A DNA stretch of 64,000 nt, taken from the NCBI GenBank assembly GCA_964252035.1, contig OZ176203.1, one strand, 5' to 3'. The position numbers and the translations under genes were made by a program. The stretch's first letter is position 1. Each line of letters starts with the position of its first letter. Of this stretch, positions 38,765 to 50,186 are shown piece after piece. The stretch is from Podarcis erhardii (lineage: Eukaryota). The notes beneath the pieces were generated by a model, which made no database searches, was not told where the DNA came from, and worked only from the letters and a program-made list of their open reading frames with translations.

Positions 38765-39325
38765 GTGGAGTGTTATATTTGTGGGGCTGCCTGTGAAGAT
38801 GAGTAGAAAACTTCAATTGGTCCAAAATGCAGCAGCCAGATTACGGTACTGGCTGGGGCTCCATTTAGATGTCACAAAGGCCCTGTATACTGGTTGGCAG
38901 TTCATCCGTTGGACCAATTCAAGGTACTCACATTAGTGTTTATGGCTCTAAATGACTTGGGCCCCAAATACATGAAAGATGGACACAAACCTTCTTAGGT
39001 GCTAATATCAGCAGAGGGGTCTCTCTTGGTTATATCACATTCCTCAGAAACTCAGTTGTGTGTATGTTGTTGTCCAGAAAAAGGCATTCTTTGTGACAGC
39101 CCCTAAGTTGTGGCACGCCCTCCCCACAAAGGCTTTTCTGGCATCTTCATTTAGTGAATGCTGAAGGTGCACCTCTTTACCTTGACTTGGACACTTGAGA
39201 TGTATATTTTAAGGGCCCACCTTATTTCTGTGATTTTATGTTGCTTTAAACTGTTTTTAATATTGTTTTTAATGTAACCTGCCAGGAGACCTTATGGTAA
39301 AGGGAAGGTAATACTAATAACAACA
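38765..39325 (+). mobile_element. Old L2 3' fragment
   Basis: VGLPVKMSRKLQLVQNAAARL motif followed by a decayed 3' UTR. Confidence 0.65.
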
Positions 39326-41728
39326 TAAATGTAATGCTTTTATGGACCAGTCTAGGTCTTTTTAAAAACTTTATTTTCATATAAGCATTTGAGATAGCTT
39401 CTACCCACAACTAAATGGTGAGGTATCTCTCAAGTACAACTTTATCTCAATCTTTCCAAAAGTTGGCTACTGGCAGCCGCATGACTATAGGTTTGAACAA
39501 ACAGCAGAAGTAATGAAACTGCTGCTGAGTGTTTTTAGCATGGTGATTTTGTTTTATTTAGTTCTTTGGTATGATGTTTGCAAATAAGAAGCTCACAGAT
39601 TCTTTGTCATTGACCTGTCATCAAGTCAGTGAATTGTGTTGCTGTTCACTTAATATATAACTGAAGGTGCTTTTATGATCCCCGCCATGCCTTTCTTCTG
39701 CTCCTATGCTTCTACCAGCAGAGCCTCTATTACCTGTTTGTGATCTCTCTTGACTCTTGGAAATTTATGTTGGGATTTGGGTTTTTTGCTTGCATTAGGA
39801 AACTTGTCCAGTGATCAGCCAATGCATTCACATAGCTCACAAACCTATCAAATAAAATTACTTTGAGTAAATCAGGATCCCAGCTAAATAATAGCTCTTC
39901 ATTACTAATGATCCAAGCCAGTTAGCTCTTCTATTTACACTTGTTTAAGCAGCAAAGGAAGTCAAGCACCACTGCTGCACAATCTCCCTTTGTTTCAGAG
40001 AATTTCACTGAAATGAGTGGAGGTTGTGCCATGGTACAGTGCTCAGTCAATTGTGCCTGAAGTCTCTTGACTGTAGTGAAGGCTCAGTTGATCAGAAGCC
40101 TTTCACACTTGGTAATGATACTTAGGACCAGAATAACAAGTAGATAGGAAGGAACAGTTTTTTTATATAGTAAAACAGTATATATTGTATTATATATACA
40201 AGCCATTTTTGTATAAGTATTTTGTTCTGGTTTTGGATGCTTTTATTTTATACCTCCTGTTATTAATGCATACAAAAGCTCCATTGTTCATCATGGCATT
40301 TTTGTATCTTTCAATTTTCCTGTATATTGGACAAAGTATTATAAAATTGGAAAGAAAAGGCTACTTTGTAACTTTGAAAACATGCTGAAACATTCTTATT
40401 AGTATTTCAGTTACTTCAGTCATCAGCTGATGTTTTCAATTAACAATTACCAATAACTCTCTGAAACCTTTCTTGAATAGAAATATAATTCACCGTTATA
40501 AATATATCATTGAGATTATTTTACAAAACAGTACTCTGGATATATCCATAGTAGGCTTCATCAGTCATTTGAATATCCTTTCTAAGTATTTGAGATCATT
40601 CTGCACCATCTGCTTAATGTAGTTTGGTTAATATTGTATCACTGCAAAAAGAAATATATCATTAATAAACGTATTAATGAGTCACAAAACCAAACTTACG
40701 TGATGCTACACGTGCACCAGCATTGTAATGAATTCCAAAAAACCTACCAGCCTGCCTGCTCACACCTCTCCAAGTCATTTGTGGCACATCAATAGTCTAA
40801 AAGGAAATAAAATGAATCAACTCTCTTCCAGTTGATAGAAATTTTCCTGCCCAGAGGCTTAGGCAAGTGACTGTTAAAAAGCCTATATTACATGTATTCA
40901 CAGTTGTGAAAAAGACATTCTGTACCAATGCCTTGAAATTAATTTACCCAGCTGTAAGTGGCTCTTCTTCAAAGGATGGTATTTGTCGATGAATGTGAGA
41001 CATTATTCAGTCCATACACCTTCTTGCCTGTCTGCCAGATACATTACAATCCTGTATGATTCTCCTGACTAGAATTATGCTTCAAAACAACATCTTATTG
41101 CTTAGGCAGTGCATTTTTGTTTGCATCCCTTAGGGATCTCAAGGTTGTCACAGGCATCTAGCTAATAAGATCTAACTGGGCCTGATTAACCAGTATAAGA
41201 ATTCGTTTTGAAAGCAACAGTTTGACAGTCTCTTTCATAGCTTTTTAAAATCTATCTCACATTACAATTAGGGTACATTAAAACCTAGAAAAGCCTTCAT
41301 TATTTTTGTATTCCACTGAAAAATTTCAGTGGGCCTAATGCATACAAATAGCAGAAAGCCCACAGTTGTGATGAGTTTGGGATGGTGACTGTGTAAGGCA
41401 TGCACTGTGACCATCAGGATCCCTCCTAGTAGAAGTTAACCTTCCAATGTCAAGGGTGATAGCCAGCCAGCCAGCCCAGCCCACTCCCTGGCCCAGCCCA
41501 GTGATATGTGCCCTGTATGCAGTATTTTAGTTTTCCTTTAGGAATTAATGTTCTTTCCTAACAGGGTTACAAGATGTGGGTTGGACATGCTTGGATAACT
41601 TGGGAAGGCAGGGATGTTTCAACCCACCCTGGAAAAGATGCAGCAGGCACAGAGACTTATAGGCCCATGGCAAAGGAGAGGGAAGGCTCAGAACCCTTTT
41701 GGACCATTTCAGCCCCATAAGAGTTATA

Positions 41729-41997
41729 CAGTGGTACCTCGGGTTACATACGCTTCAGGTTACATATGCTTAGGGTTAGGGTGAGGTTACATACGCTTCA
41801 GGTTACAGCCTCCACTAACCCAGAAGTAGTACCTTGGGTTAAGAACTTTGCTTCAGGATGAGAACAGAAATCATACTCCGGCGGTGTGGCAGCAGCAGGA
41901 GACCCCATTAACTAAAGTGGTGCTTCAGGTTAAGAACAGTTTCAGGTTAAGAACGGACCTCCGGAACAAATCAAGTACTTAACCCGAGGTACCACTG
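41729..41997 (-). mobile_element. Tigger-like MITE family A, copy 3, 269 bp (27-nt internal insertion)
   Basis: Perfect TIRs CAGTGGTACCTCGGGTTA / TAACCCGAGGTACCACTG; TA TSD. Confidence 0.9.
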
Positions 41998-43621
41998 TAT
42001 GTACATTTCAGACCCCAAACTGGGCTTGGTTCACTTGCAGTCACTGATTCAGGCCTGACTGCATTAGTTCATTTGATTTTCATCTACCAGTCTCCTCACA
42101 CTATATGCTGTTTTGATCTCCTTCCTTTCCTTTCTTCCTTTAGTATCTGAGCAGTGTGTCTAGGATACATGAGAGAGCCAGGCATGTTGAAACACATGAC
42201 CTTTATCTGGTTTGAAAATATGCATGGGAAATTAATGTGCAATGTCTGTTTTTCTACAGTGATAACTTTAGCAGAGGGGAACCAAATGTCATTGCACCTT
42301 GCAGATCTTAGGAAACCTGGGATAGATTTATTATAATAAAACCTCATTGCTATTAATAGTTCTTGGCTTTCTGCCAGTGCTTGTATTTAAGCACTTACGG
42401 GATTAATGATAAATTCTTAGACAACAGCCTCTTTACATCTTGATTCACTTCACTGAGTACATGAGGTAAATTTTAATGGCCGCAACAAAAAGAATTACTT
42501 GAAAGCAATGCTGCATAATTTACATTTTTACAAATTGTTAGTGACTTGAAATGGTGGGCTAAATCAAGGCCTTTTCTGGAACAGTAGCTCCACTCTCCAT
42601 AGTTCAACTCAGAAGTAAGCCCTGTTGAATTTAATTGAACTTATTCCCATGTTAGTGTATATAGGATTGTAGCCTCAGAAAGCCATATTTTTTATATTCA
42701 TGAAAACAGCATTTAATGTTTCCTCTAGTATTTCATGTTACAAGTGTATAATCTTAACTGATTTGTATTCCACCACATATAAAAACTGAGGGGAAAGTAA
42801 AACTTTAGGACTTCTTCTTCCTTCATATGATTTTCTTAGACGTCTTAATTACATTTAATTGCATCTTAATCTGCATTTCTCGATTTTGTTTACTTTGGAA
42901 TGTGGAAAGAAATAGAAGTGGTTGATCACAACTTTCATATTAATGCTGATTTTCTTAGCTGTATAGCTATGTGAGTACATACAGCTATAGCTTTTCACAC
43001 ATAATTTATTTTGGTTTTGAAACTCATATTCAAAGTGGCACCATGAGTACAAAAAGAGAGAAAAATCCCATAGGAATTACCTATTCATTCATTTTGTTCT
43101 GGAGGGAAATCCACCAGATGAAATCCATGTCCCTATTCATGTAGTTTGCATTGGAAAAGGCAGTTAGGCACTGCAGATCCAAGTTTCATTTTTTTTATTT
43201 AATGTACTTGCTTCCTTTAGTGTTCGCTGCTACATCCCCATCAGCCTGTTATAGCTACTCCAGTCATTAACCTATTGGTATTTTTGCAATAGTAACATCT
43301 ACATATAATGCAGCTTTTTAATGGCTTATTTTGCCTGCCTTTATGAAGGTCATTCATTCTAACTGTGCAGTGTCTGCATTTAAATGGAAGAAGGCTTATA
43401 AGGAAGAAAAAACTTGTAGAAACTAGAAAGAAACTAGAGTCATTTTTGCTCTTCCTCATTTGCATTTGAGTTTCATATTAAAGCTTGGAGTTGATTGTAG
43501 TACTTTAATTAGTCCCCAGTGGGCTTAAATGGACAATGGACTGACTGCTCATTAGCTTGTTTGCTTTCTGTGAAGCCTTGCAAACTATCTAATGTTGTCT
43601 GTGTTTCATGCACTTTTCCAG

Positions 43622-43800
43622 ATGTCGCAACTCCTTATCCTGATAAGAAGTCCATCTTGATGTACGTGACATCGCTTTTCCAAGTCCTGCCCCAGCAAGT
43701 TACTCTTGAAGCCATCCAGGAAGTGGAAACATTGCCACGGCAATCAAAGCACATCAGAGAAGAGCACGTCCAGTTACATCAGCAGCGCTTTTCACAACAG
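43622..43800 (+). CDS. DMD: Dystrophin exon 8 (CH2 end / hinge 1), 179 nt
   Basis: ttccag|ATGTCG...CAACAG|gtgagt. Translates [60 protein letters not shown], one codon shorter than human (182 nt). Confidence 0.97.
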
Positions 43801-44088
43801 GTGAGTTCTTTAGGGTTTTTAATTCTAATTTTAATAGCCAATAAAGTCATATATTTAGTGAAAAAGAGACTATGGGCAAGATCCAACTAAGTCACTGTCA
43901 GAGTAGACCTACTGCAGACAGTGAAGAATTTACATGTCCATTGATTTAAGTGGTTAATTCTCATTATGACTAACATTGAATATCACTCTATGTATACTTT
44001 ATTTGCATGGTTTATACTGTTAACTGCCATGCATGAAGTAATAGACTGTTTTTGAAATGAAGAAAATTACGCTTTTTGTGCATTACAT

Positions 44089-44224
44089 CAGTGTTTCCCA
44101 ACCTTGTGCCTCCAGCTGTTTTTGAACTACAACTCCCATCATCCCTGACTAGCAAGACCAGTGACAAGGGATGATGGGAATTGTAATCCAAAAACAGCTG
44201 GAGGCACAAGGTTGGGAAACACTG
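44089..44224. mobile_element. hAT-Charlie-like MITE, 136 bp
   Basis: Long perfect TIR CAGTGTTTCCCAACCTTGTGCCTCCAGCTGTTTTTG / CAAAAACAGCTGGAGGCACAAGGTTGGGAAACACTG; perfect TSD CATTACAT. Confidence 0.9.
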
Positions 44225-46009
44225 CATTACATGATGCAAAGCAGGCTCCAATAGCATGCAACACTTCCTTGTTCGAAGCAAGGTAATTCAAGGTAAGATT
44301 TTGTGTCATTTTGGTGTCTTACATTCAAAGCACGTCTTGAAATTAGTAAGGCTTTGCCAATCAAGCGCTCTAAGGGTCGCAGACATAGCTTACTTAAAAG
44401 GCTGTGTCACTTTTAAACTGCTTTGCTCTGTCCATCAGCTTTCTCAGTCTTTCATTAAATCATCTGTATGTATGAAAAAGCATAAATAGTGGGAACATTT
44501 TTATTACTCAGTAGACTCTCCACAAAAGCAATGCACTTATTCACTGCTCAATATGTACAGGATGCTGTTTGGATTTAGCTACCTCTGTTGCACTCTGTTG
44601 CACTCTGTTGTGTATACACAAATAAGCTTTCTGTTGGATCTGCTGCGGAGGGCTTCCATATCCAAGCCAGTGTCCCAGATCAGCATCTTTTATAGTTTTT
44701 AATACCACACTATCCTACTTATAATATTTTATAAGCAGAAAGTAGAAAATAAAGCACACACCATTTATTACGCCATATAACCTGGAAGAAACATCTTTTC
44801 TGAGTCAGAAATATCGTTGAGAGCATAGGAATTCATCCACCAATGAGATATTACCTTGGCCTTTAATTAGACATCCAGCCCATCCAGTGTTCCAATTCCA
44901 CGCTTGGTAATCATACTTTGTATGCTCTTATGATTATTATATAGCTAATGGTTGAAACAATTGGCCTCACATTAGGATGAGCTGCTGCTAGAGCCTAATT
45001 GATGCCTCTCCATCTCTAATTTTATTTGTCTAGCTTTGGGACATGAGGCAAAATATTGACTTACTGACATAAACTTTCCCAGGCATTATAACACTTTCAG
45101 TTGTGAACTACCAGAGTTACTTTGAAGGTACTAGAGACCAATTCTTGCTTTGTTTTCCAGGCATTCTCCCCACCCCAGTTCCTTCTCCCCACACACCCAT
45201 GGGCCTTCCAAGCTCTTTGACTAGGACAAAAATGATTTTGCAAGTGATTTCACCCTCCTTAGGGTTAGGTTATATAGAGCTGTCACTATGAAGTGAAAAA
45301 CCTCTGTATCTCTCCTTTGATTATGCATTCCTGTAGCTGTATCTCATGGTGTAAAACAGAGTTACAGTTGCTTGAATTTCTTCCACTGAAAAATTGCAGG
45401 GGTTGTTTACTTGTGGTGTGTGGTGCCAGTTCCTTGTTAAAAAAAAAAAAAGGCCTTATCGTAACTCAAATTTAGATGTGTATGGAAATTCTGAAACTAT
45501 TTGTTTCTTTACTTAAGCGGGCACACTGTGGCAACTGCATTCCCATGAGAGGCTAGCCTGATAGTTATATTTCTCGAAGTGAACAGAAATTCTAATTATT
45601 AATTAACTCTCTTATTTCTGGGACACTAGCATTTTTAGATTTGTTGATCAGATGGCCATTTGCTGACTGCTGAGCACATTTATTCAGAACGTACTATGAG
45701 TCCTTGCTACTTTGCTTTCTGAGTGTCCTGAATTATAAAGGCCCTTTACTGATTTGGGGTGTCATGCCAGGAATAATTATCTGGCACTTCAAGGAGTCTT
45801 TTTACTTGCCATGAAAGGATGTCATATTAATGAAAGCAGCTCACTAAATTCCACATAGTTTTTTTTTTTACTCTTTATGGCAGCACTGTTTTCTGCAAGA
45901 TAGAATTAAACTGCCAGCGTTTCCCCCTGAAAGTATACGTTCTGTCCTCTCTATTAAGCATACTCATCCGTGTGTGTGTCTGCTTTTCTTCCTAATTTCT
46001 TCTCCTTAG

Positions 46010-46144
46010 ATCAAAGTCAGTGTAGCACAGGGTCATGTGCGCACCCCTTCACCTCCACCTAAACCTCGCTTCAAAAGCTATGCGTACACACAAGCTGCTT
46101 ATGTCATGTCCCCTGACCCAAAAGGGAAGGTGTTCCCTCCACAG
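46010..46144 (+). CDS. DMD: Dystrophin exon 9 (hinge 1), 135 nt
   Basis: ccttag|ATCAAA...CCACAG|gtctgt. Translates IKVSVAQGHVRTPSPPPKPRFKSYAYTQAAYVMSPDPKGKVFPPQ. The PKPRFKSYAYTQAAYV motif is diagnostic; two codons longer than human (129 nt). Confidence 0.96.
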
Positions 46145-48462
46145 GTCTGTCAATATTACTGTTTGTTGTGAATATTATTCTAATATGCCTGTGCTTGCTG
46201 TGGAAAATATATGCACTTTGGGGTTTTTTTTAAAATTTTTGCTTGGGCCCATTTTCATTTCCAGCAGTACATTTTTTAAAGTTTTGTTTTTGGTATCCAT
46301 CAGTCCTTTTCTGCTGTATATCTTACTTTTCTTTGCAAAACCGCACCTATCTTTGTGCATTAGGCAGGAACAAAAAAAGAGAGTAAAATTATTATCATGA
46401 TCATGATCATTATTATTATATTTGGTTTCAGAATTTCAGTTAACACCATAAGCTACTTACAATCATACATGTGGAATGGCAGGACACTCAAGGAAGGTTG
46501 AACTTTGTTCTCCAATAACATTCCTCTATGCCAGGGGTTCCCAAGAATGTGTTTCACAAGCTTCGTTCAAGTGGTCAGCAGCACATCTATGGATCACTGG
46601 TTGAAGATGGCAGATTAAATATTCATCTTGATTTTTAATTATATATTTATTGCTTCTTTTGTTCCTTTTGTTGTATTTTATCATATCACAGTGTGAATTC
46701 TGTGGATATTCAAATTGTGATTCAATAAAATACAATCTATAAATAATTAAAGAAGCAATGGAAATGCAGTTAAAAGTCATATAGCACAGTGCATTCTTGC
46801 AACAGACAGAAAAGGAATTAATTGGTTGGCCGAGACCCTCAGCAATTGTCAAGTGCCCTGTGCAGGAGGCAGGGAGGGGGAAGCTAAACCACAAAACAAT
46901 TGCACCTTGTGGGCCCTCATTTTAAATGGACAGGAGTGTCATATGCAATATGGCATGGGGGTTGGTCATTCAGAAGACGATTACAAAATTTACAGGGGAC
47001 TCCATATTTTCCCATGGACATAGATGTTTCTCTTTCACCCTGCAGCCCTGCACCTCCTAAAAAGCCTTGCCGGGGTGGGGGGTTACAGTCTGAAATCCCT
47101 TTGAATAGCATAGCCTGTGTTTTAGAAGAGAAGAATCACCCCAAATCAGGAGGGGACGCCTTGTACCAGGCGATGCTCCTGTCTCCCTGCTCACACAACT
47201 TAAAGTGCTAAAACACCTTAAGCTGTGATGTTACTGCCTTTTGAACTGCTACATGAAATGTAGAGGAGTAAGCTTTATTTGATCCATTTGTCAGATTCTC
47301 TTACCATTACTTTAAACATTTGTTTAACTGTCAGTGGTATACAGGCCTTGTGCAGCACACAAAAGTTATCGATCCATGATCAGATAATGGTATCATCATT
47401 GTGAGCAAAGAGTAAATCTCATATATTTCTAGTAACTCACATCTACCTCTATTCACTGCTTGCCTTATCTAACCATTCTTCCTTATTGCTAGGCACCTTG
47501 TCCTATCATGAAAAGAAAGCAGGATTCATTGTGTTTAGTTGACTGGCCCACCCTGTGGGTGGGATATGAACCCACCTAGTCAAGGTAAAAAACAACACCA
47601 AACACAGTCTTTCCATAGGAGTGTCACCAGTTTTCTGTACTCAGAAATTTAGTAGATTGAAATTATTCTAATCTTCTTTACAGCTTTTTTTAAAAGAAGA
47701 ATAACTATTACTACTTGATGTAAAATTCACTTAACATGTAGCATCTTCCAGTTCACTTGAATAGTTCTTTAAGAATAAGCCTCATAGACTAAAACTAATT
47801 GAAATGGACAATTGATCTTTGCTCACTACCAAGGAAAATCATCAACCACAGGGGTTTAAAAAAAAAAGCCCAATTGCAGGGGATGGAATAAATCAAGGTA
47901 ACTGAATGGCACATCAGCATCTCAGTTAAGAGAAATTGGCCTCATGCTGAAGGTTCTACCATTTGGTGGTTAACTGTTAACACTTTCTGGGGGGGGTTTC
48001 AGAGTCAAATGAAAGCTAATTTCAACACGTAAAATTGGATTTGCAGAAAACTTCCAGAAAATATAATAATATCTGTACTGTATTCTTTGGATTTGATAAT
48101 TAGCAAGTTCTTCTTTAGGTAACTTTCTTTATACCCCTGTCACGATGATGCATTTGGTTTCCAGACATATTTAATTAGTAGCAAAATTAAGCAAAGCGCT
48201 GTATATATTGCAAAGTAGAAAGGTAATGTTACACGTGACTCCTATACACAGTTTCCTCCTGCCAATTATTCTTGCAAATAAATATCTACTGGAATATTAA
48301 ATTAATTAATAGCAAGTGAAACTGAACAGAATATTTTCCAGAAGGGTAACCATGTTAGTCCGCTGCCAAAAATATGAATTTTGTGGCACTTAAACTGTCA
48401 TGGCCAGATTCTATTTTATTAGGTGCCTAAAATGATACCCTGAATTTGGAGGTAAATGTATA

Positions 48463-48704
48463 CAGTGGTACCTCGGGTTACATACACTTCAGGTTACATA
48501 TGCTTCAGGTTACAGATTCCACTAACCCAGAAATAGTACCTAGGGTTAAGAACTTTGCTTCAGGATGAGAACAGAAATCGTGCTCTGGCGGCCCAGCGGC
48601 AGCAGGAGGCCCCATTAGCTAAAGTGGTGCTTCAGGTTAAGAACAGTTTCAGGTTAAGAATGGACCTCCGGAACGAATTAAATACTTAACTCGAGGTACC
48701 ACTG
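48463..48704 (-). mobile_element. Tigger-like MITE family A, copy 4, 242 bp
   Basis: TIRs as above (one mismatch); TA TSD. Confidence 0.9.
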
Positions 48705-48919
48705 TACATTGGTGGCAAGAGGGAGAGGGAGGGCGGAGAGGGGAGGGGATGAAAAATTGGTTAGCAGTGAGATCAGAGGCAAATTAAACATAAAAGATAC
48801 AGACGGTGACAATTATGAAAAAGTTTAGATGTAACATAAAGTAACAGCAGTGCCCATTCACAAAGCAGAGTTGAAGAACATCCTGGCATTGCCAAGTTAA
48901 TTAACACCTGCAGAGGGAC

Positions 48920-49292
48920 TAAAACTGTAATTTCAATTCAAACCACATGTGATAGAATTGAACTTCTTAATAAGTGTGAAGCAATTTCATGCTGGATTCT
49001 CCCTTTGTATAAGAATAGCCACATGAAGGTCAGCAGAGCTACCTGAAATGTTTTCTTACTGGTTTCCAAATATTTCGCATCCTGATGTCAGATTTGTGTC
49101 CATTTAGACTTTTGCCTGGAGACAGACCTGATTGTCCTGTGTAGATAGCAGAAGGACAGTATTGATAGAGCAGGTAGATGAACCGTTGATGTTGTGACTG
49201 ACATTATTGGATTCTATAACGGTATTGTCTTCATACATATGAGGGCAGAGTTGGCATATCGGCTTGCTGCAAGGTCTGGTCCCTGGTACCAA
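48920..49292 (-). mobile_element. Penelope-like element GIY-YIG endonuclease remnant
   Basis: GTRPCSKPICQLCPHMY...SHNINGSSTCS, then after frameshifts CPSAIYTGQ...NGHKSDIR...KPVRKHF...HEIA...GLN. These follow the Penelope motifs PC..PRC..C, YIGQT and R..GHKSD in order. Confidence 0.8.
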
Positions 49293-50047
49293 CGAACTTG
49301 TTATATCAATCTAAGGATTTATGTTTGTGCAGTGGAACTTCGTCACCGTGCCCCCCAAATCTGTTTCTAGGATTTCCCAGCACCCTCCGGGTGGGCCCAG
49401 GTGGAAGAGAGGGGATGAAGAGAAGCATTTGGTGGTTATTGTCCTTTGTTTGCGTTTCTGTTATGTGATCTGTTGTTGCTAGTAAGAAGCTGGTTCAGGT
49501 TATGTTTGCACTTAAGAGCTATTGACATTGTCAACATCTCACCTTTTTTAAAATTGGGAAGTAACCCTGTTTTTATTTGGTTGACATCCAGCATGTGTGA
49601 TATGACTGACTGTAGTCCATAAAAACGTATGCCATGGCAACTGTGCTAATTTTAAGGTTTCATAAGACACACTGTTGTTGTTTTTGTTGCAACAGTGGCC
49701 GTGTCCAGCACCTTGAGTGGGAGCTGGAAGTTAAGCAAGGGAGTCCTGGAGCTAAGGAGCTCAATAGGCAGCTCTTAGCCCAGCAAGAGGAGACAGAGAG
49801 ATGCTTAATCTCACTGCCAGCTCTACCTGTCACCTATTTTACAGTGAAATCTTTCCCCTCTAAACTGAGTAGACCTTTCCTCTCAAGCAGTAGTGGCTGG
49901 TGGTGTGGGCAGGGCGGCATTATTGACGTGGTTCCCCAACACCCCATATCAGTTGGTTACTGAGAGGGACAGAAGGAAAGGCAAGGCAGCAAGGAGCTTA
50001 CACTGTGTAGCTACAGCATTGGGAGCATTGTATTGACTCTGACGGGT

Positions 50048-50186
50048 TCTGGAATAGCTCAGTCAGTAGAGCATGAGACACTTACTCTCAGGGCCGTGGG
50101 TTCAAGCCCCACATTTGGCAAAAGTTCCCTGCATTGCAGGGGGTTGGTCTTGATGGGCCTTGTGGTCCCTTCCAACTCTATGATGC
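50048..50186 (+). mobile_element. SINE with a tRNA-Lys(CTT)-derived head and a CR1-type 3' tail
   Basis: TAGCTCAGTCAGTAGAGCATGAGACACTTACTCTCAGGGCCGTGGGTTCAAGCCCCACATTTGG follows tRNA-Lys(CTT). It is followed by GGGGGTTGG..TTGATG...GGTCCCTTCCAACTCTATGAT (CR1 end). Confidence 0.8.

Noticed and set aside
43519-43890. 123-aa ORF as a standalone gene (likewise 11401-11589, 58897-59115, 59376-59582)
   Set aside because: These are DMD exons read through into flanking intron; splice sites delimit the real coding parts.
50048-50120. Functional tRNA-Lys gene
   Set aside because: The acceptor stem and anticodon arm carry mismatches, there is no poly-T terminator, and it runs straight into a CR1-type tail, so it is a SINE head.
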